The notes below the pieces were generated by a model. The model had not been told where the DNA came from and searched no databases. It saw nothing but the letters and a program-made list of their open reading frames with translations. A stretch of 64,000 nucleotides of DNA from Candidatus Shapirobacteria bacterium (GTDB lineage: Bacteria > Patescibacteriota > Microgenomatia > UM-FILTER-40-11): positions 26,932 through 90,931 of the forward strand of contig JAGVBK010000004.1 in assembly GCA_020059745.1 (NCBI GenBank), written 5' to 3'. Positions 16,550 through 27,283 of the stretch are shown here, one piece after another. Both the position numbers and the translations under genes were made by a program. Numbering within the stretch: position 1 is the stretch's first letter; every line of letters starts with the position of its first letter.

Positions 16550-18775
16550 ATGCCCGCAAAAAGAAAAAAAGGACGAAGAACAAAAAGAAAAACCAAATCC
16601 TTGTCTTTTTTAAAATCAGTAAGAATAAAACGCGCTTTAATCTTTGGATTTATTTGCCTCATTTTAATTTACTTTTCCATCCTTAAAGACCTGCCTTCTC
16701 CGACAAAGCTTTCCTCTCCCGACAGCTTTCCTGTTTCCACTAAAATTTTTGACCGCAATGGCAAGCTTCTTTATGACATCTATGTGGAAAAGAACCGCAC
16801 CCCGATTACACTTACCGATCTTCCTGACTATGTAAAATATGCTACCATCGCCAGCGAAGACAAAAATTTTTACAAACATAAAGGTTTCGCTATTACCGGT
16901 ATTATCCGAGCCGGTTTTAACACTGTTTTCAGGCGCAAACTTCAGGGAGGTTCCACAATCAGCCAGCAGCTGGTTAAAAACACTCTTTTAACCCAGGAAA
17001 GAACCCTAAGAAGAAAAGTCCGCGAAGCTCTGCTTACCATTGCAGTTGAAATTATCTATCCTAAGGAAAAAATTCTTGAGATGTATCTAAATCAGATTCC
17101 TTATGGCGGCACTGCATACGGCATCGCCTCAGCCAGCCAAATGTATTTTGGGAAAACCCCGGAAGACCTGAGCCTGGCTGAAACAGCGCTTTTGGCAGGG
17201 CTGCCCGCCTCACCAACCCGCTATTCACCTTTTGGCGCCCAGCCAGAACTGGCAAAAAAAAGGCAGGAATATGTTTTAGACGAAATGGCTAAAAATAACT
17301 TCATTTCAGAAGAAGAAGCCGAAAAAGCCAAAGAAGAAGAGCTTGCCTACGCTGAACACGGCAAAGGCATAAAAGCACCTCATTTTGTGATGTATGTCAA
17401 AGATCTTTTAGTTGAAAAATACGGGCAGAAAATGGTTGATCAAGGAGGCTTAAGAGTCCACACTACTTTGGATCTTGAAATCCAAGAGCTTGCCCAGGAA
17501 GCAGTTGCCACTGAAGTGGCTAAACTTAAAAGAGAAAAAGTCTCAAACGGTGCCGCTTTGGTCACTAACCCCCAAACAGGAGAAATTTTGGCAATGGTTG
17601 GGTCAAAGGACTATTTTGCCAAAGACATTGACGGCAATTTTAATGTCACCACCGCCCTAAGGCAACCCGGTTCTTCCATAAAACCACTAAACTATGCCCT
17701 GGCAATTGAAAGAAAAATCATTACCCCGGCAACCGTGATTCTTGATATTCCTACTTGCTTTAAAAATACCGGCTCAAAAGCTTACTGCCCTGACAACTAT
17801 GACAATAGTTTCCATGGCGTTACCCAAATCCGCTTTGCCTTAGGAAATTCTTACAATATTCCTGCGGTCAAAGTTCTTGCCTTAAACGGACTTGAAAACT
17901 TCATTGCCAGCGCCTCAGCCATGGGCATTACTACTTTTAAGGAGCCGAAAGATTACGGCCTTTCTTTAACTTTAGGCGGAGGTGAGGTAAAGATGACAGA
18001 TTTAGCTTCAGCTTTTGGAGTTTTGGCCAATCAGGGAAAAAAGCAGCCTCTTTATGCAATTCAAAAAGTAGAAGATCACACCGAAAAGGTGCTTGAAGAA
18101 AAAAAAGCCGAAGAAGGAGAACAAATTCTTTCTCCGGAAACCGCCTACCTTATTTCCCACATTCTTTTAGACAATAATGCCAGGCAACCAATGTTTGGAG
18201 CTTCTTCATATCTAGTGGTAAGAAATCATCCTGAAGTTTCCGTAAAAACAGGGACTACTAATGACAAAAAAGACAACTGGACTATTGGCTATACCCCCTC
18301 GACCCTAGTGGCAGTTTGGGTCGGCAACAATAACAACTCTTCCATGAGCTATGTAGCCTCAGGTGTAACCGGCGCTTCCCCGATCTGGAACAAAATTACA
18401 AGAGCAGTATTGGAAATCAAAGACAAGGAAAACGGTAAAACCACTCAGGAATGGCCGGTTAAGCCAAATGGCATTATCGGCACCTCGATATGCAGTATAA
18501 GCGGCCTTCTTCCCGGCGACTCGGGCTGCACTACCAGATATGAATATTTTATTGAGGGTACAGTTCCCACTGAAACCGAGTCCTTAAGAAAGCAGATTTT
18601 AATTGACAAAACTAACGGCTCTCCTGTTCAGCCAGGGCAAAATATACCGCCGGAGAATATAGAACCCCAAGAGCATCCGGCAATTGTCGACCTTACTGGC
18701 TCAATTTTTTGCTTGGATTGCCCGATGGCCACCAGTTCAGCCTGGTTTGACGCCAAAAATCTAAAGCTTCCTTAA
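16550..18775 (+). CDS. class A penicillin-binding protein (bifunctional glycosyltransferase/transpeptidase)
   Basis: 741 aa. N-terminal TM, GT51 motifs (EDKNFYKHKGF, TISQQLVKN), transpeptidase SxxK (SSIKP), KTGTT. Confidence 0.85.
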   Translation: MPAKRKKGRRTKRKTKSLSFLKSVRIKRALIFGFICLILIYFSILKDLPSPTKLSSPDSFPVSTKIFDRNGKLLYDIYVEKNRTPITLTDLPDYVKYATIASEDKNFYKHKGFAITGIIRAGFNTVFRRKLQGGSTISQQLVKNTLLTQERTLRRKVREALLTIAVEIIYPKEKILEMYLNQIPYGGTAYGIASASQMYFGKTPEDLSLAETALLAGLPASPTRYSPFGAQPELAKKRQEYVLDEMAKNNFISEEEAEKAKEEELAYAEHGKGIKAPHFVMYVKDLLVEKYGQKMVDQGGLRVHTTLDLEIQELAQEAVATEVAKLKREKVSNGAALVTNPQTGEILAMVGSKDYFAKDIDGNFNVTTALRQPGSSIKPLNYALAIERKIITPATVILDIPTCFKNTGSKAYCPDNYDNSFHGVTQIRFALGNSYNIPAVKVLALNGLENFIASASAMGITTFKEPKDYGLSLTLGGGEVKMTDLASAFGVLANQGKKQPLYAIQKVEDHTEKVLEEKKAEEGEQILSPETAYLISHILLDNNARQPMFGASSYLVVRNHPEVSVKTGTTNDKKDNWTIGYTPSTLVAVWVGNNNNSSMSYVASGVTGASPIWNKITRAVLEIKDKENGKTTQEWPVKPNGIIGTSICSISGLLPGDSGCTTRYEYFIEGTVPTETESLRKQILIDKTNGSPVQPGQNIPPENIEPQEHPAIVDLTGSIFCLDCPMATSSAWFDAKNLKLP

Positions 18776-18836
18776 ATAATAAAAAGATCTATTTTGATAT
18801 CTTCTTTTTTCGGCCTTTAGCGTTTAAAATAAGGCT

Positions 18837-21242
18837 ATGACTGAGAGGACAGGCAAAGTCAGGCAGAGAAAAAAGGTTAAAAAGCTCTCTTCTGAGGGTA
18901 AAATTCTCTACCAAAAACCCTCAAAAAAACAGGTAATAATTACCACGCCGCTAAGACAAATCGGAAAACCTATATTTAGGGGTTTTCTTTTTTTAGGCTA
19001 CGGCTTTCTTTTACTTATCTCCTTTGTCAAAAAAACACTCGGCTTACTGTCGCAGATTAAAAATAATGTAGAGAAAATTTCTTTACCAAAACCAAACTTA
19101 CCTTCTTTTTCTTTTCCCAAAATAAATCTCCCCCGCCTTTTTCTGCCTAAAATCACTCTCCCAAGACTAACAATTTCTAAAAGCAAGGAAGAGAAGTCGG
19201 TAAAAAAAGAGGCTCTTCAAAAAATCAAAGCAAGCTTTGTGGTTAAGGTCACTTCTTTTACTCTCGGTTCTTTTTTTGCCATGTTTTTAATCTTTTACTT
19301 TTCTTTCGTGGTTTTAAAAGATCTTCCTTCGCCTGAAAAACTAGCCAAAAGAGACCAAAACATGACTACCAAGATTTTTGACCGCAACGGCAAGCTTCTT
19401 TATAAAATTTATCAGGAAAAAAATCGTACCCCTATTTCTTTACAAAAACTGCCAACCCACCTTATTCAGGCCACAATTTCCATTGAAGATAAGGATTTTT
19501 ATCATCACCAAGGACTTTCTTTCCGCGGCATTGTAAGAGCTGCTTACAAAAACATTTTTAAAGGAGGCAAAACCGGCGGCTCCACCATTACCCAGCAACT
19601 GATTAAAAACGCTCTCCTTTCTCCAGAAAAAACCTGGGAAAGAAAAATCAAAGAAGCGGTGCTTGCTTTGTTGGTGGAAAAGAAATACTCAAAAGACCAG
19701 ATTCTTGAGATGTATTTTAATGAGGTTGGTTACGGCGGTTCGGCTTACGGAATCGAGGAGGCTGCGCAAAAATACTTTAATAAGCACGCCAGTGAACTTA
19801 GCTTGGCTGAAGCAGCGCTCCTGGCAGGACTACCGGCTTCACCAACCCAGTTTTCCCCTTTAGGTAATAATCCTCATTTAGCCAAAGAAAGACAGGCTTT
19901 GGTGTTAAGAAGAATGGTCGAAGACGGATATATCACTGAAAAACAAAGAGAGGAAACGCTTAAGCAGGAAATAATCCTGGCCCCGCAGATAACTGAAATT
20001 TATGCTCCTCACTTTGTCATGTATGTTAAAGATTTTTTGATTGAAAAATACGGCGAAAAAATGGTCGAGCAGGGCGGGCTTGAGGTAAAAACCAGTTTAG
20101 ATCTTGACCTGCAGGAAAAAGTCCAGGAAATTGTGGCAGAGGAAATAAATAAATTAGGCCACTTTAACATCTCAAACGGTGCCGCTTTGGTCACTAACCC
20201 CCAAACAGGAGAAATTTTGGCCATGGTTGGGTCAAAAGACTATTTTGCCAAAGACATTGACGGCAATTTTAATGTCACCACCGCCCTAAGGCAACCCGGT
20301 TCTTCCATAAAACCGATTAATTATTCCATTGCTTTAGAAAACGGTTTCACTCCTGCAACCTTAATTGACGACACTCCTATTACCTATAAAATTCCCGGGC
20401 AGCCGCCTTATTCTCCAAAAAACTATGACAACCGCTTTCATGGTAAAGTTACTCTAAGAACCGCCTTAGGCTCTTCCTATAATGTCCCTGCTGTTAAAAT
20501 TCTGGCTTCTTTTGGAGTTAAAAGAATGGTGGAAAGAGGCAAAGAAATGGGAATTACCACCTGGGAAGACTCAAGCCGGTTCGGCCTTTCTTTAACTTTA
20601 GGTGGAGGCGAGGTAAAAATGACGGATTTAGCAGTTGCCTACGGCGTTTTTGCCAATAACGGCATCAGGGTGGATATTAACCCAGTGCTTGAAATTAAAA
20701 ACAGTGAAGGGAAAATTATTGAAAAAAATTATCAAGGTAAAGAGACTCCGGTTTTAAGCCCAAGCATTGCTTTTCTGATTAACGACATTCTTTCTGACAA
20801 CCAGGCCCGCTCCCCTGCTTTTGGCTTTAGCTCTGTTTTAAATATTCCCGACAGAAAAGTAGCAGTTAAAACCGGCACCACCCAAAACATGAGAGACAAC
20901 TGGACTATTGGCTATACCCCCTCAACCCTAGTGGCAGTCTGGGTTGGCAACAACGATAACTCTCCCATGAGCTATGTTGCCTCGGGCATAACCGGCGCTT
21001 CCCCGATTTGGAGAAAAATTACAGACACCTTACTTAGAAACAGGCCGGAAGAAGTCTTTATCAAACCCGAAGAAATTAAAGAAGTAGCCATCTGCCAATT
21101 AACCGGAACTCTTTTTTGTGAAGGCTGTCCCTCGCCTAAGAAAGAATATTTCGTTGCGGGTACCGAGCCTAAGTTTTCCTGCAATGAAGAAATTCTTAGA
21201 AACTCAACCGCTACCGCAGAAATAAACCTGCAGCGCCGTTAA
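18837..21242 (+). CDS. class A penicillin-binding protein, tandem paralog with a long N-terminal extension
   Basis: 801 aa. Same GT51 and transpeptidase motifs. Shares ~145-bp near-identical DNA tracts with the upstream paralog. Confidence 0.85.
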   Translation: MTERTGKVRQRKKVKKLSSEGKILYQKPSKKQVIITTPLRQIGKPIFRGFLFLGYGFLLLISFVKKTLGLLSQIKNNVEKISLPKPNLPSFSFPKINLPRLFLPKITLPRLTISKSKEEKSVKKEALQKIKASFVVKVTSFTLGSFFAMFLIFYFSFVVLKDLPSPEKLAKRDQNMTTKIFDRNGKLLYKIYQEKNRTPISLQKLPTHLIQATISIEDKDFYHHQGLSFRGIVRAAYKNIFKGGKTGGSTITQQLIKNALLSPEKTWERKIKEAVLALLVEKKYSKDQILEMYFNEVGYGGSAYGIEEAAQKYFNKHASELSLAEAALLAGLPASPTQFSPLGNNPHLAKERQALVLRRMVEDGYITEKQREETLKQEIILAPQITEIYAPHFVMYVKDFLIEKYGEKMVEQGGLEVKTSLDLDLQEKVQEIVAEEINKLGHFNISNGAALVTNPQTGEILAMVGSKDYFAKDIDGNFNVTTALRQPGSSIKPINYSIALENGFTPATLIDDTPITYKIPGQPPYSPKNYDNRFHGKVTLRTALGSSYNVPAVKILASFGVKRMVERGKEMGITTWEDSSRFGLSLTLGGGEVKMTDLAVAYGVFANNGIRVDINPVLEIKNSEGKIIEKNYQGKETPVLSPSIAFLINDILSDNQARSPAFGFSSVLNIPDRKVAVKTGTTQNMRDNWTIGYTPSTLVAVWVGNNDNSPMSYVASGITGASPIWRKITDTLLRNRPEEVFIKPEEIKEVAICQLTGTLFCEGCPSPKKEYFVAGTEPKFSCNEEILRNSTATAEINLQRR

Positions 21243-21243
21243 T

Positions 21244-22209
21244 TCACTGCGAAAGCTCGTAAATTTTGGCGGAAATTTCAGGAAGGGCTTTTTTTGCTTC
21301 TATCTCATTAACATCCTCTGAAAGAATCACCAAAATAAAGGGGTTATCGCTAAAAATAATTCCGGCATCAGATATCACCCTAAGTTCGGTGCCGATTTTG
21401 TGAGAAACCTTTATTCCTTCAGGAATTCCGGCAGGGATCCGGTCTTCCCAAATAGTATCTGTTAGAACAGATAATATTTCCTCCTTGCTTTTGTCAGTCA
21501 AAACCTTTCCCCGGTAAAGCCTTTCAAAAAAGAAGCCAATATCCTCAGGGGTTGTTTCGTTTTCTTTAAAAGAAGTGCTTCTCATTCCCAAAGCCTCAAT
21601 AGTTGCCTCTATTTTTTCTTTTCCTAAAAGCCTGGTAATAATGGTGTAGGCAGTATTGTCTGATTGTTTACCCATAAGTTCTGCCAATTCCCGATAGGTA
21701 ACTTGGTAACCGGTTGGTTTATTGCCAAGAGAGCCGGCCCCACCGGTTCTGTCGCTATCTTTTAAGCTATAAACTGTATCTAAATCCACCCTGCCGGCAT
21801 CTGCCTCACGATACAAAGTCAGCATAACCGGCAGTTTGATTAAGGAAGCGGCCGTAAAAACTTCCTTGCCGTTTATACTAAAAGATTCATTTGTTCCTAA
21901 GCTCTGAAAATAGACTCCGTAAACACCCCGTAAGGGAGAAAGCATTTCCTCAACGCTTTTTTTAAGACCGGAAAACTTGGGCGTTGGTGTTGCGGAAGGA
22001 AGTTGGTTAAATTGCTGGGAAACTACGGTAGCTGAACCCCCCATTTCTTTAAAAAACCTCGGTACTTCCCGATAGGCAATAGCAAGAACTGTCAAAAGAA
22101 CGGTTAAACCAAACAAAAAAAGAACGGTAAACCTTATTTTTTTCTTGTCTTCCGAAGATTTTTCCTGATGAAAATCTTTTAAGAGGCTGTTTTTGACTTT
22201 CTCGGCCAT
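21244..22209 (-). CDS. serine hydrolase, class A beta-lactamase-like
   Basis: SxxK (ASLIK), SDN, TM/signal N-terminus. Convergent with the PBP pair. Confidence 0.6.
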   Translation of the reverse strand: MAEKVKNSLLKDFHQEKSSEDKKKIRFTVLFLFGLTVLLTVLAIAYREVPRFFKEMGGSATVVSQQFNQLPSATPTPKFSGLKKSVEEMLSPLRGVYGVYFQSLGTNESFSINGKEVFTAASLIKLPVMLTLYREADAGRVDLDTVYSLKDSDRTGGAGSLGNKPTGYQVTYRELAELMGKQSDNTAYTIITRLLGKEKIEATIEALGMRSTSFKENETTPEDIGFFFERLYRGKVLTDKSKEEILSVLTDTIWEDRIPAGIPEGIKVSHKIGTELRVISDAGIIFSDNPFILVILSEDVNEIEAKKALPEISAKIYELSQ

Positions 22210-22239
22210 ATCAATATTGTCGCCGTTTTCGTTAAAAAA

Positions 22240-23217
22240 TCAATGATTAAATACTTTCTCTATTTGAAGCTCTCCTTTGGGCCAACGACTAAGTTCGCTT
22301 TCCAAAAGAATTCCTTTTTTGGCGCCAACCCGGCTTACCACACTAGTGGCGTTTGCAGAAGCAAGATGCAAACACTCTTCCGTGCTTTTTCCTTTTATGA
22401 ACCCGGTGACGAGCCCTGAACCAAAACTATCTCCGGCTCCTGTTGTTTCTTTTCTCGGCGATTTTTCGTAAATGCCGGCATGCCACCAGGTCGCTTTTTC
22501 TCTTTCCCAAACATAAGAACCTCTCCTGTCGTCGGTTACCACAATAAACTGGCAAGGCAGTTTTTGGGCCATTTCCAATAGTCCTTTTATTTCCTTAGGC
22601 TTGCCTTCGTTAAGTAATTCCTCCATTTCCTCTTTATTGACATTAAGCTGGGTAATATTGGGCAACAGGGAAAGGAGTGTTTCTTTTTGACTAAGTTCCC
22701 GGCTTCCCGGGTTCCAAGCAATTTTTGCCTGGGGAAAACGGGAAATTATTTCTTCTACAATTTCAAGGTTGCCTTCAAGCGAAGAAAGGTAAAACCACTT
22801 TGTTTCCAGTTTTTCCCAAGGAACATCTTTTTTCTCAAGTCTGGTTTTGCCTCGATAGATTAAAATGGTTCTGCCTCCGTCTTCGGCCCAAAGAACGGTT
22901 GAGTAATCGGTGTGGCTATTTTGGACATTAAGAAAAGAAGTTTCTACTCCTTCTTTCTTTAAATCAGCAGTAATTTTTTCTCCGGCAAAATCATCTCCTA
23001 TTTGCACAATTGAAGCCGCTTTAAGCCCCTGCCTGGCAAAGGTCACTGCCGAGTTGGTACCTCCACCGCCTGATTCGAAATATATTTCATTGACCTCTAT
23101 TTTTGCTCCATAGCGAACACATATGTCTTTTTCTCCGTTTTGGGTTTCCACATCCAAACCGGTTGACCTTAAAAAAACATCTAAAGTGGCTGTTCCAAAG
23201 GAAATCACATCAAACAT
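22240..23217 (-). CDS. PfkB/ribokinase-family sugar kinase
   Basis: GGGGTNSA and TGAGDSF motifs. The start at 23217 overlaps the fba stop by 8 nt. Confidence 0.75.
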   Translation of the reverse strand: MFDVISFGTATLDVFLRSTGLDVETQNGEKDICVRYGAKIEVNEIYFESGGGGTNSAVTFARQGLKAASIVQIGDDFAGEKITADLKKEGVETSFLNVQNSHTDYSTVLWAEDGGRTILIYRGKTRLEKKDVPWEKLETKWFYLSSLEGNLEIVEEIISRFPQAKIAWNPGSRELSQKETLLSLLPNITQLNVNKEEMEELLNEGKPKEIKGLLEMAQKLPCQFIVVTDDRRGSYVWEREKATWWHAGIYEKSPRKETTGAGDSFGSGLVTGFIKGKSTEECLHLASANATSVVSRVGAKKGILLESELSRWPKGELQIEKVFNH

Positions 23218-23974
23218 TTTTCTGTCCCCAAATAATTTCCGACAAGCTGCGGCTAACAAGCAACGGCTCCTTAGACTGCCAGATGTTTCTGCCTACGGCA
23301 AAACCAATTGCTCCGGCAGCCATAATTTCTTTGGCTTTAACCAAAAAGTCTTCTTCCGCCTCTTTAGAACCGCCCATGGCAACCACTTTTGTCTTTCCCG
23401 CACTTTCCACTACCCAGCGAAAGCTTTCAAGGCTGTCAGTATAACGGACCTTGACAATGTCTGCCCCAAGCTCCAAGCCTGCCCTTGCTGCATAGGCAAT
23501 CACCTTGGGGTCTGATTCACTGTTAACATTTCTTCCCCGGGGATACATCCAAGCAATAACAGGCAAGTCCCTGTCGTGAGCCTCTTCCTGGATTTTTCCG
23601 AATTCTGCAGTCATAAAAGATTCAAACTCAGAACCAAGATAAATGGTGTAGCCAACAGCCGAAGCGCCTAGGTCCAACGCTTCTTTTATCGAACAAATCT
23701 GCGGGGAATACGGATCTTCGTCTTTGACAAGATTTGTTTTGCCGTTAAGTTTTACAATTAAAGGAATCTTGTTTCTTTTTTTGTCGTAGTATTTTTCCGC
23801 CACCCCTTTTTGAAAAATTATCCCAGTAAAACAACCTTTTTCTGCAATCTCAAGAATTCTTGCCGGATTGACATTTGAGTCATTAAAATCAGTGGGGCCG
23901 TGCTCAATTCCCTGATCATAAGCCAGAAAAAGAGCCTTCCCCTGTCTGGTAATTTTTTCAAGATTTACTGTCAT
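23210..23974 (-). CDS. fbaB: class I fructose-bisphosphate aldolase, archaeal DhnA type
   Basis: 254 aa. DhnA/ADH-synthase-like motifs (VKLNGKT, VKVRYT). Confidence 0.7.
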   Translation of the reverse strand: MTVNLEKITRQGKALFLAYDQGIEHGPTDFNDSNVNPARILEIAEKGCFTGIIFQKGVAEKYYDKKRNKIPLIVKLNGKTNLVKDEDPYSPQICSIKEALDLGASAVGYTIYLGSEFESFMTAEFGKIQEEAHDRDLPVIAWMYPRGRNVNSESDPKVIAYAARAGLELGADIVKVRYTDSLESFRWVVESAGKTKVVAMGGSKEAEEDFLVKAKEIMAAGAIGFAVGRNIWQSKEPLLVSRSLSEIIWGQKNV

Positions 23975-23975
23975 T

Positions 23976-24935
23976 CTAAAAAACCAAGTTTAAGGGTTTT
24001 CTGCCGTTTAAGGCTTCAACAATGTTTTTAGCTGCCATAATGGCCATCTCGTCTCTTACCGTGCGCACTGAAGAAGCAATATGGGGAGTTAAAACCACAT
24101 TCGGCAAACCACAAAGTTCCGGGTTAACCGCAGGCTCATATTCGTAAACATCAAGACCGGCGCCTTTGACATGGCCCGAGCGTAAGGCCTCAACCAAAGC
24201 CGCCTCGTCAACCACTTTTCCCCTGGCAGTATTAATAAGGTAAGCCCCTTTTTTCATCATTCTTAATCTTTCGGAATTAATTAAGTACTCGGTTTCTTTT
24301 GTTAAAGGCACATGCAAGCTGACAATATCAGCTTCCCGAAGCAAGTTCTCCAAAGTCATGTATTCAATTCCCAGGTTTTTTTCCGCTTCCAAATCCCGGC
24401 TTCTTTTGTTATAAATTACTCTTAAGCCAAAAGCGCGAGCCATTTTTGCCACTAAAGAGCCGATTTGCCCTAAGCCGATAATACCCAATGTTTTTCCTTC
24501 CAGGTTTTCACCTAAAAAAATCTCTGGCTTCCAACCTCCAAAATGGCCTTTGCGGTTAAACTCATCTCCTTCTACAATTCTTTTTAAAACCGTAAAAATT
24601 AAAGCGATTGTAAACTCCGCCACTGCCCGAGCGGAAAGATCGCTCGGAGTATTTGTAACCAAAATCCCTCGTTTTTTAGCAACTTCAATATCAATATTGT
24701 CAAAGCCAACGCCAAAATTGGCAATGATTTTGAGATTTTCACCAGCAGCTTCAATTACCCCCTCGGTAATACGGTCTAAAATAAGGCAGTAAAGGCCGTC
24801 AGCGCCTTTGACAAATTCTTTTAGCTCCTGTTCGGTAAAAAGCCTTTCAGTGGGATTGCCAATCACCTCAAAACCAGCGTCTTCTAAAACATCAATTCCC
24901 ACTCTTGGGATTTTGGTGGTAACAACTACTTTCAT
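23976..24935 (-). CDS. D-isomer-specific 2-hydroxyacid dehydrogenase (glyoxylate/hydroxypyruvate reductase-like)
   Basis: NAD-binding GLGQIG plus catalytic R/E/H. Confidence 0.75.
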   Translation of the reverse strand: MKVVVTTKIPRVGIDVLEDAGFEVIGNPTERLFTEQELKEFVKGADGLYCLILDRITEGVIEAAGENLKIIANFGVGFDNIDIEVAKKRGILVTNTPSDLSARAVAEFTIALIFTVLKRIVEGDEFNRKGHFGGWKPEIFLGENLEGKTLGIIGLGQIGSLVAKMARAFGLRVIYNKRSRDLEAEKNLGIEYMTLENLLREADIVSLHVPLTKETEYLINSERLRMMKKGAYLINTARGKVVDEAALVEALRSGHVKGAGLDVYEYEPAVNPELCGLPNVVLTPHIASSVRTVRDEMAIMAAKNIVEALNGRKPLNLVF

Positions 24936-24947
24936 TCTCTTTTGATT

Positions 24948-25853
24948 TTAAAGACTTTTTGCTTCTCTGGCAATATCTTCAGAAGTCAGACCATATCTTT
25001 CAAGAAGTTCACTATAGCTTCTGGCCGACTGGCCAAAGCTGTCGGCAATACCCATCATTTTCAAAGGTACCGGATCTTGTGCCAAAGCTTCCGCTACTGC
25101 AGAACCCAACCCCCCAAAAATTGAATGCTCTTCTACGCTTAAAACTTTTCCAGTTTTTTTAGCTGAGTTTAGTATTGTTTCTCTGTCAAAAGGTTTTAGG
25201 GTGTGCAGGTTAATTACTTCAGCGTCAAGCTGTTCACCTACCTTAAGGCAGTTATAAACCAAAGAGCCGCAGCTTATTATTGTAAGCTTTTTTCCCTTTC
25301 TTAAAACTTCTGCCTTGCCAAAGGAAAATAAATCTTTTTCGTTTGTAAAAACCGGAGTTTCGGCCCGGGAAAGCCTAAGGTAAACCGGCCCCTCGATCTT
25401 GGCGGCGGCAAAAACTGCTTTTTTAACTTGGTTGGCATCTGCCGGGCAAATTATTTTCATTTCCGGCAAAGCCCGCATTAAGGCCAAATCACAAACACTC
25501 TGTGCCGTAGCGCCGTCGCCGTAGTTGCTCAAACCAGCATGAGAACCTACCAATTTAACGTTTGCTTTGTTCTGGCAAACTGATACCCTTATTTGATCAA
25601 AGCACCGGCCCGGTAAAAAAACTGCAAAAGAGGCAGCAAAAGGAATAAACCCCTCCAAGGCCAAACCCACCGACACACCGATTAAGTTTGCCTCAGCCAC
25701 GCCAACATTAAAAAATCTGTTTGTAAATTTTTCGCCAAAAGCTTCAAGCCTAACTGAAGAGCTTAAATCAGCAGTAAGGCCAAAAACTCTTTCGTTTTTT
25801 TCTGCCAGCTCCAGCATGGCTTCGCCAAAAGCATCTCTCATTGATTTTTCCAT
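24948..25853 (-). CDS. transketolase C-terminal subunit
   Basis: Pyrimidine-binding and C-terminal domains; pairs with the upstream N-terminal subunit. Confidence 0.8.
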   Translation of the reverse strand: MEKSMRDAFGEAMLELAEKNERVFGLTADLSSSVRLEAFGEKFTNRFFNVGVAEANLIGVSVGLALEGFIPFAASFAVFLPGRCFDQIRVSVCQNKANVKLVGSHAGLSNYGDGATAQSVCDLALMRALPEMKIICPADANQVKKAVFAAAKIEGPVYLRLSRAETPVFTNEKDLFSFGKAEVLRKGKKLTIISCGSLVYNCLKVGEQLDAEVINLHTLKPFDRETILNSAKKTGKVLSVEEHSIFGGLGSAVAEALAQDPVPLKMMGIADSFGQSARSYSELLERYGLTSEDIAREAKSL

Positions 25854-25856
25854 TTT

Positions 25857-26684
25857 TTACCCCTTTACAAGCTCATTAAGAGCACGCTTGCATTCTTCCT
25901 CGCTTAGAGTGCAAGCGTGGTATTTTTCATTTCCTTCCATAAAAGAAACACCCTTCCCCCTTATCGTCCTGGCAATCACTACCCTTGGCTTGTTTCCTTT
26001 ATTGTTAAAGTTGCTAAGACTGGTGAGCAGCCTTCTGAAATCATGGCCGTCAGTTTGGTAAACATCCCAGCCTGAAGCATGGTATTTTTCCGCCAAAGGC
26101 TCAAGGTTTAAAACTTCAGTTGTCATGCCGCCAACCTGCATACAGTTTTGGTCAATAATTAAATTAAGGTTTCCTAAAGAGTGGTGGCCGGCAAACATAA
26201 CTGCCTCCCAATGAGAGCCTTCGTTTTGCTCTCCGTCAGAAGATAAAACAACAACTTTTTCTTTGGCTTTTTTGCTTTTTAGAGCCAAAGCCATACCTGC
26301 CCCCACAGAAAGACCTTGGCCCAAAGAACCGGTTGATGTTTCCACAAAATCAGCATGAACTTTTGAAGGATGCCCCTGAAGAGAGCTGTCCAGACTTCTT
26401 AGGTTTAAAAGCAAATCTTCGTTAAAAACTCCCATTTCTGCCAAAACAGCATAATAAGCAGGAGCAACATGGCCGTAGGAAAGAATAAAACGATCTCTTT
26501 TTTCAGCTTTTGGATTCCGGTGATCAAACTTTAAAATGTTACCAAAATAAAGGGAGACAAGAATATCGGTAGCAGAAAGACTTCCTCCCGGGTGGCCTGA
26601 ACCTGCAGCATGAATCATCTCAATTACATGTCTTCTTATCTTAAGGGCAGTTTTCTCAAGTTCAGGGAGAGTCAAAGGAACCAT
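25857..26684 (-). CDS. transketolase N-terminal (TPP-binding) subunit
   Basis: GHPGGSLS and GDGE motifs. Confidence 0.8.
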   Translation of the reverse strand: MVPLTLPELEKTALKIRRHVIEMIHAAGSGHPGGSLSATDILVSLYFGNILKFDHRNPKAEKRDRFILSYGHVAPAYYAVLAEMGVFNEDLLLNLRSLDSSLQGHPSKVHADFVETSTGSLGQGLSVGAGMALALKSKKAKEKVVVLSSDGEQNEGSHWEAVMFAGHHSLGNLNLIIDQNCMQVGGMTTEVLNLEPLAEKYHASGWDVYQTDGHDFRRLLTSLSNFNNKGNKPRVVIARTIRGKGVSFMEGNEKYHACTLSEEECKRALNELVKG

Positions 26685-26722
26685 TAGCTATATAATACCA
26701 CTTTTGAAGCTGGCTTAACAAC

Positions 26723-27262
26723 CTAAAGTTTCCGTATCTCGTCTAAAACTTCTTGAGGGGTGGTAACAATACGGTAAACTCTAATTTCCTCTGATCTTAT
26801 CAGCATATTCCGGCCAAAAGCCTCGAGGATATCGTGCCAAAAGCTGCCGAAAAGAATAAGCGGTTTATGGTGGCCAAAATAAAGCCTGGCTAACCCCCAG
26901 GCCATACCAAACTCGGAAATTGTTCCAGTGCCGCCATTAAAAAGAACATAAGCATCGCCCATTTCCAAAAGCTTAAGTGTTCTGCCGACATAATCATCAA
27001 GCATAATTTCTTGGTCCATGGGGTTAAGTGGATCTTTCCCTTCAAAATGAGTCATGTCTTTGGGGTTAAAGGTAATACCAATGCATTTTCCTTTACCGGC
27101 TTTAGCCCCTTCTGAGGCTGCCCGCATAATGCCTGGACCGCCTCCGTTTATAATCAGGTATCCATTTTGAGCCAAAAGCTTAGCTGTCTGAAAAGAAGCA
27201 TCATAGTCCAAAGAGCCAGGCTTAACTTCTGAAGAACCAAAAAAAGTTACATTTTTTATCAT
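26723..27262 (-). CDS. LOG-family (TIGR00730) nucleotide 5'-monophosphate nucleosidase-like protein
   Basis: GGGPGIM and GGTGTISE motifs. Confidence 0.7.
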   Translation of the reverse strand: MIKNVTFFGSSEVKPGSLDYDASFQTAKLLAQNGYLIINGGGPGIMRAASEGAKAGKGKCIGITFNPKDMTHFEGKDPLNPMDQEIMLDDYVGRTLKLLEMGDAYVLFNGGTGTISEFGMAWGLARLYFGHHKPLILFGSFWHDILEAFGRNMLIRSEEIRVYRIVTTPQEVLDEIRKL

Positions 27263-27283
27263 TTTAGTCTCTACAATTAAACT

